Positions 1-9,917 of a stretch of DNA of 35,718 nucleotides are shown here, in pieces. A program made the position numbers and the translations under genes. The notes below the pieces were generated by a model. It was not told the origin of the DNA. It saw only the letters and a program-made list of their open reading frames with translations, and did not search any database. The stretch's first letter is position 1. Each line of letters opens with the position of its first letter. The DNA comes from Candidatus Zambryskibacteria bacterium RIFCSPLOWO2_02_FULL_39_14 (GTDB lineage Bacteria > Patescibacteriota > Minisyncoccia > Phycocordibacterales > Zambryskibacteraceae): assembly GCA_001824135.1 (NCBI GenBank), contig MHWM01000032.1, forward strand, positions 1 to 35,718, given 5' to 3'.

Positions 1-1
1 G

Positions 2-1195
2 GATAAATTAATTGATAACAATTTTAAAGTATCTACTGATACTAGAAAAGATGTAGCAAATTCTATATTCTTTGCTATAAAAGGAGACAACTTTGATGGC
101 AATACTTTTGTCGAAACAGCTTTAGAAAAAGGTGCCACTGGAGTTGTAACAGAAAATCCTAAATTTAAACAAAAGCCACACATATATGTCGTCGACGATG
201 TTCTAGATACATTACAAAAATTGGCTAAAAGATACCGCGAGACTTTCGATATCCCGATCATCGCTATCGGTGGGTCTAATGGTAAAACAACTACTCGAGG
301 ATTAGTCAATCAAGTATTACAAACTCGCTACAAAGTATATTCAACCGAAGGTAATTTAAATAACCACATTGGTGTACCTCTCTCTATTTTATCTATGGAT
401 AAATCTTCAGAAATAGGGGTATTTGAAATAGGAGCCAATCATTTAGGTGAACATACTAAACTTTTGGAAATCCTAAATCCAACTCATGTCTTAGTAACTA
501 ATAATGGTATGGACCACTTAGAAGGATTCGGTTCACCGGAAGGCGCAAGAGAAGCCAATGAAGAAATCATTACTTGGGCAGATAAGCATAAAGCGATTGT
601 CATTAAAAATAAAAATCATGAACTTGAGATCAACTCTCCCCTACCCTTGGCTATCTCTTGGGAAGGAAAAAGATATCAGACAAATCTGGCTGGTAATTAT
701 AATTTAGAAAATATTAATTGGGCATTGTCTGTCGGAGCTCAATTTCAAATCATTGATAAAGAAGAGACTCTTGAGGCTATAGAGAGATACAAATCCCTAT
801 CGCAAAGATCACAATTAGTGATTAAAGACAATAACAAATTTATCGTCGATTGTTATAACGCTAATCCAACTAGTATGATGTTAGCACTAAAGAGTTTTGT
901 GGACTCGGTTAGTCACCCAAGAGGTATCATATTGGGAGATATGCTAGAGCTTGGTGAATACGCTGGTAAAGAACATAAGAGGGTTGTTAAATTTATCGCG
1001 GAGCAAAAGTTTGATGTAATAGTACTTATTGGAAAACTTTTTAAAAAAGCTGTGGAAAAAACGGGTCTCAAACATGTTTGGTTTGAGGATTCTGCCACAG
1101 CCAAAATTTGGTTCAGAACACAAGCATTTGATAATTACACTTTTTTATTGAAAGGTTCAAGAGGGATAAAAGTAGAACAAGTTATAGAGACTTAG
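2..1195 (+). CDS. murF: UDP-N-acetylmuramoyl-tripeptide--D-Ala-D-Ala ligase MurF (5' end outside window)
   Basis: Frame is open from nt 2 (DKLIDNNFKVSTDTRK...FFAIKGDNFDGN), so the ORF-track start at 221 is internal. P-loop GSNGKTTT, NLNNHIGVP, DCYNANPTSM, LGDMLELG, LKGSRG. Confidence 0.95.
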   Translation, partial: DKLIDNNFKVSTDTRKDVANSIFFAIKGDNFDGNTFVETALEKGATGVVTENPKFKQKPHIYVVDDVLDTLQKLAKRYRETFDIPIIAIGGSNGKTTTRGLVNQVLQTRYKVYSTEGNLNNHIGVPLSILSMDKSSEIGVFEIGANHLGEHTKLLEILNPTHVLVTNNGMDHLEGFGSPEGAREANEEIITWADKHKAIVIKNKNHELEINSPLPLAISWEGKRYQTNLAGNYNLENINWALSVGAQFQIIDKEETLEAIERYKSLSQRSQLVIKDNNKFIVDCYNANPTSMMLALKSFVDSVSHPRGIILGDMLELGEYAGKEHKRVVKFIAEQKFDVIVLIGKLFKKAVEKTGLKHVWFEDSATAKIWFRTQAFDNYTFLLKGSRGIKVEQVIET

Positions 1196-1234
1196 CTCCC
1201 CTATTATTCCAGACTACCAACACTGAATCATTTA

Positions 1235-1345
1235 CTACTTATCCAAAAGAGACGACCACCATTTGAAAGAAAAGTTCATTAAAAGATAGGCTGGAACATA
1301 AATTGGAGCAAGTAGAAAAAATAAGATGAATCTAATAATTTTCAT
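1235..1345 (-). CDS. putative 36-aa small membrane protein (not in ORF track)
   Basis: MKIIRFILFFLLAPIYVPAYLLMNFSFKWWSSLLDK. ATG is 5 nt after the stop of the 72-aa ORF, it ends in tandem TAG TAA, and it is hydrophobic. Confidence 0.5.
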   Translation of the reverse strand: MKIIRFILFFLLAPIYVPAYLLMNFSFKWWSSLLDK

Positions 1346-1350
1346 ATAAA

Positions 1351-1569
1351 TTAACTTGACTGTCTAAATTCAAGTATTTTTTCCCAGATGAAAAAGATAG
1401 GGATTCTTATATAAGACCAACTGATGTTTAATATATTTTTAATATACTCTATAGTATTTCTCCCCTGTTCTGAATCGGCAGCATCAAAAATAGACCAATC
1501 TAAAAAATATTTAAGAGCCGCCAAGGCTATAATAATCAATATAAGCAAACCTATAAATCCTCTATTCAT
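1351..1569 (-). CDS. small membrane protein, hypothetical
   Basis: 72 aa with an N-terminal hydrophobic helix (RGFIGLLILIIIALAALKYF). TGATAAAAT extended -10 lies 6 nt upstream of the ATG. Confidence 0.7.
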   Translation of the reverse strand: MNRGFIGLLILIIIALAALKYFLDWSIFDAADSEQGRNTIEYIKNILNISWSYIRIPIFFIWEKILEFRQSS

Positions 1570-1581
1570 AGACCTATTTTA

Positions 1582-2859
1582 TCAAAGAGAAGGAAGATAA
1601 GCGAGTGGATCAAGATAAGCATCTGTGCTGGCAAGAGGAATATATATATTATGACACCCTGAACCTGTATCCTTATATCTCTGAGATGTAAATGGGCTAA
1701 TCTTCACCCCCTGAGATGCATAGAGACCGATATGAAGATGTGGTCCGGTAGAATTACCTGAACCATATACTCTTGGATATCCGCCTGAATATCCTATTAT
1801 CTCTCCTCTTTTGACATTCTGACCCGTCTTTACCACAGATGCTGACAGATGAGCATAGATACTTGAAAGACCATTATCATGCTGTATAAATATCCAGCGA
1901 CCATAGGAGTAACAACCTTTTTGGTCATCGGTATTGGCTTCCCCTTTCACAATACCAGCATCCATAGCCATAATTGGTGTACCTTGTGAAGCTCTGAAAT
2001 CAACTCCGTTATGATATCTTGTTGGTCGAACACCAAAAGTATCAGTGACAAAAATTTTAGATAAAGGCCAAGCCAGCAAACCATGTTGTAATTTTGGAAT
2101 AAGAGTTGGATCTAAAGCAAACTGTAATTCAGATTCCAACCTAAAAAGATCCTCTTCAAACTCCTTTTGACGCGCCAGATTTTCGGCAAGCATTTTTTGA
2201 TACTCAGCTTCTTTATTTTTAGTTTCAGTCAATAATTTTTCTTTAGCCTTCTGATTTTCTTCAACTACAGATTTCTGCCCACTCAATTGATCTTGTAAGC
2301 TCAATTGTTCTTCTTTTACTTTCTCTTTCTTTGCTTTCTCTTGGTTTAGTGCTTTACGAGTCTCGCGTAAATCTTTTATCTCTTCTTCCAATCGAGTATT
2401 GAGATCCTCAAGTCTATTTCTATCTCCCCAAATATCTGAAAGTTTAGTAGTTGCTAAAAGATTAAGTAGAAGCGGTCTGGAATCGTAATCAGATAGTCTT
2501 GTAAGAGTATCAGCGATAGCTCTCCGATGTATAACTATTTGTTGTTCTTTCTCATTCATAGTATTTTCAAGCGATTTAATAGTGAGATTAGTGGAAGAAA
2601 TTTTTGACTGTGTGATATTGATATCAGAAGCTAACTTTTTCCTAGTAGCATCAAGAGACTTGACAGCACCACCGAGAGTCTGGGCTTCTTTGTTTACCGC
2701 TTCTAACTCAATCTGAAGCCTCTTTTGTTCTTCAAGCAGAATTTCTCTCTCTTTTCTAACATTATCAATCTGTTTTTCTAAATCACTCGGATTAGCTGCG
2801 CTCAGAATCATCGGTACAAATAAAAATAAAAAGAAGATATTAGAAAATCGTAGTTTCAT
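1582..2859 (-). CDS. coiled-coil + M23 family peptidoglycan metalloendopeptidase (EnvC/NlpD-like architecture)
   Basis: Signal peptide, long coiled coil, and an M23 domain with intact HNGVD (HxxxD), YAHLS and STGPHLH (HxH) motifs. Confidence 0.9.
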   Translation of the reverse strand: MKLRFSNIFFLFLFVPMILSAANPSDLEKQIDNVRKEREILLEEQKRLQIELEAVNKEAQTLGGAVKSLDATRKKLASDINITQSKISSTNLTIKSLENTMNEKEQQIVIHRRAIADTLTRLSDYDSRPLLLNLLATTKLSDIWGDRNRLEDLNTRLEEEIKDLRETRKALNQEKAKKEKVKEEQLSLQDQLSGQKSVVEENQKAKEKLLTETKNKEAEYQKMLAENLARQKEFEEDLFRLESELQFALDPTLIPKLQHGLLAWPLSKIFVTDTFGVRPTRYHNGVDFRASQGTPIMAMDAGIVKGEANTDDQKGCYSYGRWIFIQHDNGLSSIYAHLSASVVKTGQNVKRGEIIGYSGGYPRVYGSGNSTGPHLHIGLYASQGVKISPFTSQRYKDTGSGCHNIYIPLASTDAYLDPLAYLPSL

Positions 2860-3746
2860 TTATTTCTTACCTTATCGAGATTAAAATGCTTCCTATTTAC
2901 CCAAGCCAATTTCTTCTCATCAAAAATAGCTCCACCTTTATGAACACGCGAAATATCAAAGACTTTTATCAATTCATCTAGAGTAAAGATTTCCTGATTA
3001 GTACCAGGATTCCAACCAAGAAGCGCAAGGTAGTTTATAATGGCTTGTGGTGAATATCCTTTGTTTTTATAAGTATCAATCCAAACTGCCTCACCATGTT
3101 TCCTCTTCGACAACTTAGAACGATCTGACGCCAATATAAGTGGTAAATGTGCATATATAGGACGAGTAGCCCTAATTGCTTCTTGAATTAATATTTGACG
3201 TGGTGTATTTGATATTCCATCTTCACCACGAATGACATGGGTAATCGCCATTTCATGGTCATCGACTACTGATGCGAGATGATAAAGAGGCTCTTCCAAA
3301 CTCTTGGCGACAACAAAATCACCAAGTTCAGTCGTATCAAACTCGACACTACCGCGCACTAAATCTTCGAAGACGACTTTCTTATTAGGATTCTTCAACC
3401 TGATAACTTCATTTCTTTGCCCTGCTTCTGTTACTTCTTCTTTTGAAATATAAACAAAGCCACTATCAAGCATTTGCTTTAAAAATTTCTTATATATATC
3501 TTCTCGCTCTGATTGTCTATACAATTCATCGTGTTCTAAACCAAGCCAGATCAGTCCGTCTAAAATATTCTGTTCGAATGCTTTAGTAGAACGTTCTCTA
3601 TCTGTATCATCTATGCGTAAAATGAATTTTCCTCCACGTTGTTTAGCAAAAAGATAATTAAATAAAGTGGTACGTGCCGTACCAATATGAAGATTCCCTG
3701 TCGGCGATGGTGCCATACGCACCACTATGTTATTTTTCGATTTCAT
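2856..3746 (-). CDS. gltX: glutamate--tRNA ligase family protein, catalytic domain only (GluRS/GluQ-like)
   Basis: RMAPSPTGNLHIGT, LRIDDTD, ITHVIRGED, KLSKR. Ends shortly after FDEKKLAWVN at 296 aa, with no anticodon-binding domain. Confidence 0.85.
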   Translation of the reverse strand: MKSKNNIVVRMAPSPTGNLHIGTARTTLFNYLFAKQRGGKFILRIDDTDRERSTKAFEQNILDGLIWLGLEHDELYRQSEREDIYKKFLKQMLDSGFVYISKEEVTEAGQRNEVIRLKNPNKKVVFEDLVRGSVEFDTTELGDFVVAKSLEEPLYHLASVVDDHEMAITHVIRGEDGISNTPRQILIQEAIRATRPIYAHLPLILASDRSKLSKRKHGEAVWIDTYKNKGYSPQAIINYLALLGWNPGTNQEIFTLDELIKVFDISRVHKGGAIFDEKKLAWVNRKHFNLDKVRNK

Positions 3747-4863
3747 GACTTAGAGCAATTTTAAGAATTTCCTCTGCGACTAAATGCGCGGCTTCTGGTT
3801 TATAGAAAGCTTTTGCGGCTGCCTGCATCTTTGCCCTTTCTGTTTGATTTGTTACCAATCGTTCTATCTCTGAAGCCAATATGTTGTGAGTGAAGTTGTT
3901 TTCTTCTACCACTTCACAAGCTCCAGCGCGAGCGTAGGCAAAAGCATTTTGCCTCTGGTGGTCACCATTTGATTTGACAATCGGTATAATAATAGAAGGT
4001 ACTCCCCATGCTGCTATCTCGAAGATAGTAGAGCCAGCACGAGAAACCACCACAGAAGCCGCCCCAGCAGCCATGCGTAAGGTCAAGGGATCTAGATAAT
4101 CAAAGGCTTTATACCTGTCTTTGTGAGTGGAATTGAAGAGTAGTGCTTCTGCCATATCTTTGACTTCTTTGATATTGTTTTTACCCGTCTGATGAATGAT
4201 GGCATATTTTTCTACCAAGTTTTTTAAACCTTCAATAACGGTATTATTGATCTTTCTTGCTCCTTGTGACCCACCAAGCACTAGTATTAGTGGTATATTT
4301 TCTTCTATCTTTAAATACTCGTGGGCTCCAGCATGAATAGGATTAGCGATATCTTTACGTATAGGATTACCTGTAAAAGCCACTTTCTCTTTAGGAAAAT
4401 ATTTAGAAGTTTCTCTATAAGAGACAGCCACCCGAAGAGCATACTTCCCTGCCCAGAGATTAACACGACCAGGCACCATATCAGACTCGTGTATGACTAC
4501 CGGGATGCGTAAAATATATGCTGAAAACAATACTGGAAAACTAGCATACCCTCCTTTACCAAACACAACGTCAGGATAGAGTCTATAAACCATAATAAGC
4601 GAAGTTAGAATCCCCCACCCTGTTTTAAAAATATCAAAGAAATTTAAGAACGAGAAATAACGGCGAAGTTTACCAGCACTATTTTTCTTGTAAATGATGC
4701 CGTGCTCATAAAGTACTCCTGGGTTATAAGGAGTAGGAGACATATAAAACAGCTCCAGTTCTAAAAGTTTCTTCTCTTTGGCAAGATTGTTGAGTTCTTC
4801 GGCAATAGAGATTATCGGGTAGAAATGTCCTCCGGAGCCACCGCCAGTAAATAAAATACGCAT
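3730..4863 (-). CDS. murG: undecaprenyl-PP-MurNAc-pentapeptide N-acetylglucosaminyltransferase MurG
   Basis: TGGGSGGHFYP, GKGGYASFP, HESD, TGNPIR, GGSQGA, SRAGS, HQRQNA. Directly downstream of ftsW. Confidence 0.96.
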   Translation of the reverse strand: MRILFTGGGSGGHFYPIISIAEELNNLAKEKKLLELELFYMSPTPYNPGVLYEHGIIYKKNSAGKLRRYFSFLNFFDIFKTGWGILTSLIMVYRLYPDVVFGKGGYASFPVLFSAYILRIPVVIHESDMVPGRVNLWAGKYALRVAVSYRETSKYFPKEKVAFTGNPIRKDIANPIHAGAHEYLKIEENIPLILVLGGSQGARKINNTVIEGLKNLVEKYAIIHQTGKNNIKEVKDMAEALLFNSTHKDRYKAFDYLDPLTLRMAAGAASVVVSRAGSTIFEIAAWGVPSIIIPIVKSNGDHQRQNAFAYARAGACEVVEENNFTHNILASEIERLVTNQTERAKMQAAAKAFYKPEAAHLVAEEILKIALSHEIEK

Positions 4864-4865
4864 TT

Positions 4866-5966
4866 TTATGATTCTCTAGCTCTAGAAATAGATAGAATGA
4901 TACCCACTTCAAGCAGAGTAATGAAGAGAGAAGTGCCACCGTGGCTGACAAATGGTAAAGTAATGCCCGACAGTGGAACTACTCCAAGCATGGCACCAAT
5001 ATTGACGAATGCTTGGGAGACTATCATTATAACAATTCCTACTACTACCAGTCTAGCAAAGACTGTAGATGCCACGGATGCAATCTTCAGACCTCGTGTG
5101 GCAAAAAGCACAAATACCAGAAGTAGAAATATTGAACCAACAAAACCAAATTCTTCAGCCGCTACAGCAAAGATTGAATCGCTTACCGGTTCAGGAAGAT
5201 AAGTAAATTTTTGTACACTTTGACCAAACCCGCGACCAAACAATCTGCCAGAACCAATAGCTATAAGAGATTGGCGCACCTGATAACTTGCTCCTAAAAC
5301 ATCAGACTGAGGATTAAAGAAAGTAGTTATACGTTGCATGATATAAGGTCTAGTAAAAGCTAGAAAAGTAATACCTATAAGACCAGCTAAAACAACCATA
5401 AGAACATGGCGCCACTGTCCTCCGGCTGTGATAAACATGGCCAGACCTGCTATGATGATTAAAACAAGATTATCTGTATCCGGTTGTTGCAAGAGAAGTA
5501 CTGCAGAAATAGTAAATAAAATGACAAGAGGTAAGAAACCCCAGTATAAAGTCTTAATCTTATCCTTAACTCCAGAACTCCAAGCCGCAAAGTAAATAAT
5601 GAAGGCTAGTTTCAGTATCTCTGATGTTTGGAAAGTGACAAAACCAAGCGCAATCCAACGCCTAGCTCCAGCATGTTCCAGACCAATACTTGGGAAAAGG
5701 ACTAAAATGTTGAGAATGATAGCGATTACAAATAAATAAAAAGCATATTTTTTCCAGATTTTATAATCCAGACGCGAAGCCACTATCATAGCCAAAGTCC
5801 CCAAAAATAGACCAAAGACCGTCTGGGAGAAAGCAATACTAGAATAATTAGAACTTTCTTTAGCAAGAAGACCTAAAGATGCAGAACTGAATATAAAAAA
5901 ACCAGTCACTATTAAGATAATAGAAATAAATAGAAAAGGTTTATCTACTTTCGCCCTTGACGCCAT
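4866..5966 (-). CDS. ftsW: SEDS peptidoglycan glycosyltransferase FtsW
   Basis: Polytopic membrane protein with GARRWI, QPD, YLPEPVSDSIF and GITLPFVSHGGTS. Lies between mraY and murG. Confidence 0.92.
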   Translation of the reverse strand: MASRAKVDKPFLFISIILIVTGFFIFSSASLGLLAKESSNYSSIAFSQTVFGLFLGTLAMIVASRLDYKIWKKYAFYLFVIAIILNILVLFPSIGLEHAGARRWIALGFVTFQTSEILKLAFIIYFAAWSSGVKDKIKTLYWGFLPLVILFTISAVLLLQQPDTDNLVLIIIAGLAMFITAGGQWRHVLMVVLAGLIGITFLAFTRPYIMQRITTFFNPQSDVLGASYQVRQSLIAIGSGRLFGRGFGQSVQKFTYLPEPVSDSIFAVAAEEFGFVGSIFLLLVFVLFATRGLKIASVASTVFARLVVVGIVIMIVSQAFVNIGAMLGVVPLSGITLPFVSHGGTSLFITLLEVGIILSISRARES

Positions 5967-5977
5967 AATTACCGCAG

Positions 5978-5986
5978 ATTATAACA
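5978..5986 (-). promoter_or_regulatory. extended -10 promoter for ftsW-murG-gltX-M23
   Basis: TGTTATAAT on the minus strand, 11 nt upstream of the ftsW ATG. Confidence 0.55.
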
Positions 5987-6063
5987 TGATGAGTATGGGT
6001 GGAATAATGCAATTCTTTCGCAAAGATAGAACTTTTACAATTTTTTAATAAAAACTATCAAAA

Positions 6064-7110
6064 CTAACTCACTAGAACTAAGATGACGCCAACAATAGCA
6101 GAGATTACAGAGACTATCCAGTAGCGCATCACTACCTTCTCACGTGGCCAACCAAGAGCTTGAAAATGGTGATGAAGTGGAGCCACTTTGAATACTCTAT
6201 AGCCGTTGAAAAATTTATATACATATATCTGGATAATATCTGAGGCAGTAGTAGCTGCTAGAGGTAAGGCAATTATGGGTAATAAAAGCACTGAATCCGT
6301 CAAGAAAGCAATAACTGACAAAACGACAGTAAGAGCCATCATTCCAGTCTCTCCCATATAAAACCGTGCCGGCGGTACATTGAACCATAAGAATGCCATA
6401 ATACCTCCTGCGATAGCGCCTGAAAGAGCAGAGATATCCACTTGATTATTAACAAACGCAATAACTGCAAAGGCAGTGAAAACTGGAGCCAGCACTCCCC
6501 CAGCCAACCCATCAAGACCGTCAATTACTGATGTAGAGAAAGTAGCAAGCATTACTATGATAAAGAAAGGTATGAACAAAATACCAAGATACAAATCACC
6601 ATTGAAAGGAATGTTTACAGAATCAAAGTCAAGTTTATAGTAAAACCATAAGCTGATGATGATACCAATAAGAGTGACTAGGATTATCTTTATCTTGCGA
6701 TAGATAAGAGCATCTTGGGCATATTTACCGTATCCATATATATGCACAAGATCATCAACTAATCCTATAAAAGCCGCAAAGAAAAAGGCTCCTAAGGGTA
6801 CCAAAGTCTGACTTCTTGAGAAAAAGTTTAGTTTCTCTGTTACTTCTGACGGAAATAATATTGATAAAATATAAATGGCACAAACAGTAAGGAGTACAGA
6901 CACCCATATTATAATTCCCCCAACTTTTGGCGTACTGAGCTCATGTTCAGTATTGTGAATGTTTTTAAAAGCTTCAGAAGTATCCGCATCAGTCCTTGGC
7001 GACCTCTTCCACATCTTGTATTTGTAGAAATAACTAGTGAAAAACGGCGTGATAGAAATACCGATAAAGAAAGTGAGTGCAGTTGGTAAAATTATTTTTA
7101 GTATATCCAT
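6064..7110 (-). CDS. mraY: phospho-N-acetylmuramoyl-pentapeptide transferase MraY
   Basis: TPKVGG, GLVDD, DGLDGLA, FNVPPARFYMGETG, APLHHHFQALGW. Confidence 0.95.
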   Translation of the reverse strand: MDILKIILPTALTFFIGISITPFFTSYFYKYKMWKRSPRTDADTSEAFKNIHNTEHELSTPKVGGIIIWVSVLLTVCAIYILSILFPSEVTEKLNFFSRSQTLVPLGAFFFAAFIGLVDDLVHIYGYGKYAQDALIYRKIKIILVTLIGIIISLWFYYKLDFDSVNIPFNGDLYLGILFIPFFIIVMLATFSTSVIDGLDGLAGGVLAPVFTAFAVIAFVNNQVDISALSGAIAGGIMAFLWFNVPPARFYMGETGMMALTVVLSVIAFLTDSVLLLPIIALPLAATTASDIIQIYVYKFFNGYRVFKVAPLHHHFQALGWPREKVVMRYWIVSVISAIVGVILVLVS

Positions 7111-7111
7111 T

Positions 7112-8965
7112 TTATTGACGTTTTATAAATATATTGTACCAGAGAGAGAACACAAAGAGGAGGTATATTTTTCGGGAATTATCGGTTTTTTTTATTAAAT
7201 GATCATCTATCAGTTTTTTGATATACGAGATATCCATATGACTTTTTACATATGGATTATCAAGAATAGTGTCATACACATCAGCTCGCTCATTTGTAAA
7301 CCAATTTTTCACAGGTGTTGGAAAACCGAGTTTCTTTCTATTACGTACAGATTCTGGTAATACGTTTTTAAAAGCTTCGCGCAAGAGATATTTTGTAGTA
7401 CCATGCCAACCTACAAACTTCCATTTAAATCTATCTGGTAAAGTTCTTGCCAGATGCGCCACTTCAATATCAAGAAACGGAACTCTTAGTTCAAGTGAAT
7501 GCGCCATTGTCATTTTGTCAGCTTTGGCTAATATATCACCTATAAGCCAAGTATGGATATCTACATACTGCATCTTGGTTGAGTCACTTAACCCAATAGT
7601 CTGCCGGTAAATAGAATCTAGAGACAAAAAATCAATCCTATCTCCTCTCCATAGTTTTTCAATTTCTTTTCTATCAAAAATAGAGCCATTGAAGTATTTC
7701 TGACCAATATACCAATCTTCGAGCTTCATACTGACTCTACGCAAATAATTTTTACCAAAAAATTTGAATGGCAATTCAAGAAATATTTTTATAATTTTTT
7801 TTGGAACCCATAAAAGTTTTTGTGAGTAAAATGGTGTAAGATATATATTGTACCCGCCAAACAATTCGTCAGAACCCTCACCAGATAAAACAACTTTTAC
7901 ATGTTTAGCTGCTTCTTTAGCCAGAAAATAGAGTCCCAAAGCTGACGGGTCAGCTACCGGTTCATCAAAATGCAAGATAGCTTTAGGTAATACCTCAAAA
8001 TACTCTTTAGGACCAATAGTAATTTCATGATGATCTGTACCAAGTGGTATAGAAGTCTCCTTAGCTTCCATACTTTCGCTTAAAGAATCAAAGCCTACAT
8101 TAAATGTCTTTATCTTTCTTCCACCTCTGATTTTTTGCATTAAAGTAGCAATAATACTTGAATCTATACCACCAGATAAAAATGAACCGACTGGAACATC
8201 GGCTATCATATGACAGGCCACAGAATCTTGCATGACTGCTAAAATTTTCTTTGCGGTTTTACTTTCATTAAGAGAATTATCTTGTTTAAATTCAAATTGC
8301 CAATATCTTTTCTTTTCAGATACACCTGTATTCAAATCTATACTTAAAAAGTGAGCGGGTGGAAGTCTAAAAATATTTTTAAAAAATGTTTCTTCAAGAG
8401 GATTATATTGAAAAGAAATATAGTTGAAAACTGCCGCATCATTGGTCTCAGGTAGAAAATTTTCTAGTGCTAGAAAACTTTTTATCTCAGAAGAAAATGC
8501 GATGATATTATTGCTTTTTTTAAGATAATAAAGTGGTTTAATACCGAAAAAATCTCTAGCAAGAATAAGTTTATGCTCTTTTTTATCATATATAGCTATA
8601 ACGAACATGCCTCTTAAATATTGGAATGCCTGCAAACCATATACTTCAAACATAGATAGAACTACTTCAGTATCGCTCTCTGTCTTGAAACATTTTCCCT
8701 TAACTTTGAGTTCTTCACGAAGTATCTTGTAATTATAAATCTCTCCGTTAAAAAATATAAGAAATCTGTCGTCAAAAGAAGTAATGGGTTGTTTACCGTG
8801 AGCTAAATCAATGATAGAGAGTCGTCTCATACCAAGACCAAGATAATCATCAATAAAGAAACCATCATCGTCAGGGCCACGATGAGATATAGCGTTTGTC
8901 ATTTGGCGAATAGATCTATCCTTATCTTTAATTTCCTTACCTAATATACCTGTAATGCCACACAT
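7112..8965 (-). CDS. asnB: asparagine synthase (glutamine-hydrolysing) family amidotransferase, possibly peptidoglycan-amidating
   Basis: Ntn start MCGI, HRGPD, RRLSIID, FNGEIYN, SDTEV, RDFFGIKPLY, LSGGIDSS, SGEGSDELFGGY, ELRVPFLD. Confidence 0.92.
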   Translation of the reverse strand: MCGITGILGKEIKDKDRSIRQMTNAISHRGPDDDGFFIDDYLGLGMRRLSIIDLAHGKQPITSFDDRFLIFFNGEIYNYKILREELKVKGKCFKTESDTEVVLSMFEVYGLQAFQYLRGMFVIAIYDKKEHKLILARDFFGIKPLYYLKKSNNIIAFSSEIKSFLALENFLPETNDAAVFNYISFQYNPLEETFFKNIFRLPPAHFLSIDLNTGVSEKKRYWQFEFKQDNSLNESKTAKKILAVMQDSVACHMIADVPVGSFLSGGIDSSIIATLMQKIRGGRKIKTFNVGFDSLSESMEAKETSIPLGTDHHEITIGPKEYFEVLPKAILHFDEPVADPSALGLYFLAKEAAKHVKVVLSGEGSDELFGGYNIYLTPFYSQKLLWVPKKIIKIFLELPFKFFGKNYLRRVSMKLEDWYIGQKYFNGSIFDRKEIEKLWRGDRIDFLSLDSIYRQTIGLSDSTKMQYVDIHTWLIGDILAKADKMTMAHSLELRVPFLDIEVAHLARTLPDRFKWKFVGWHGTTKYLLREAFKNVLPESVRNRKKLGFPTPVKNWFTNERADVYDTILDNPYVKSHMDISYIKKLIDDHLIKKTDNSRKIYLLFVFSLWYNIFIKRQ

Positions 8966-8969
8966 AACA

Positions 8970-9917
8970 TTAATTTGTGGTTACATATTCCATAACAGCA
9001 TTCACTAAAGCGCGTACATCTTCGAATCTGCCTTGTTCAGTAGAACCAAGAATAACCACAATAATCGGATGCCCTAATTCTGGATCAAATACCACTGCTA
9101 AGTTACCACCAGCAATGTCTGTAAAACCAGTTTTAGAAGCTATGAGTCCAGGTATTTCAGAAGCAAGACTGTTTGTATTTTTAGCAATATGTAAAAAGTT
9201 ATCAAGAGATCGAATTGTCATCATAGTATCTCTTGTTGCTACCAGAAGCTCCGGATTATGTAAAATGATATATTCCAGAAGAATACCTATATCTTTAGCG
9301 CTTCCATAAGCACCACTCCTGATATCTAACTCATCAAGTCCAGTCTCATTCCAAAAATACATATTTTTGAGACCAAGTTCACTAGCCTTAATATTCATTT
9401 CTCCAATAAAATCATTAACAATCTCTTCAGAAGTTGCCGCTGATCTGGAAAGAGCGCCTAGAGAAAGTGCCACTGCTCGCATGCCGTCATTCGAAGATGT
9501 CAGTAGAGAAAAATCAAGAATATCTCCAAGAAACCATTTCTCATCTTTGAAGAAGCCACTATCTCCTTCCGTCTTAAGCGCTTCTTCGACAATAGTAATG
9601 GTGCTATACGAAGGGCTTAGATCCTCAGCAACCAGAGCAGACATCACCTTAGCCAAAGATGCCAGTGGAAGACGAACATCTTCATTTTTAGCAAATAAAA
9701 TAGTTTCTGTACGTATATCATAAACATAAGCCGCCTTCGCCTTAAGAGTGATTAGTGGAAATGGTTTAGAAACTACTTCGGAAGGAGCAGAAATATCGTT
9801 TCTCTTAATCCTTAAATCCAGAATAAAAGATAGAGTAAGTAAAAACACTAAAATTATAATTAAAAATGTGAAGAAACTTATTTCGGAATCATGAGTGATA
9901 GAAGATTGATTATCCAT
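8970..9917 (-). CDS. D-alanyl-D-alanine carboxypeptidase (peptidase S11, low-MW PBP)
   Basis: N-terminal TM helix. SxxK (ASLAK), SxN (SSN) and KTG (SKTGFT) motifs. Confidence 0.9.
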   Translation of the reverse strand: MDNQSSITHDSEISFFTFLIIILVFLLTLSFILDLRIKRNDISAPSEVVSKPFPLITLKAKAAYVYDIRTETILFAKNEDVRLPLASLAKVMSALVAEDLSPSYSTITIVEEALKTEGDSGFFKDEKWFLGDILDFSLLTSSNDGMRAVALSLGALSRSAATSEEIVNDFIGEMNIKASELGLKNMYFWNETGLDELDIRSGAYGSAKDIGILLEYIILHNPELLVATRDTMMTIRSLDNFLHIAKNTNSLASEIPGLIASKTGFTDIAGGNLAVVFDPELGHPIIVVILGSTEQGRFEDVRALVNAVMEYVTTN

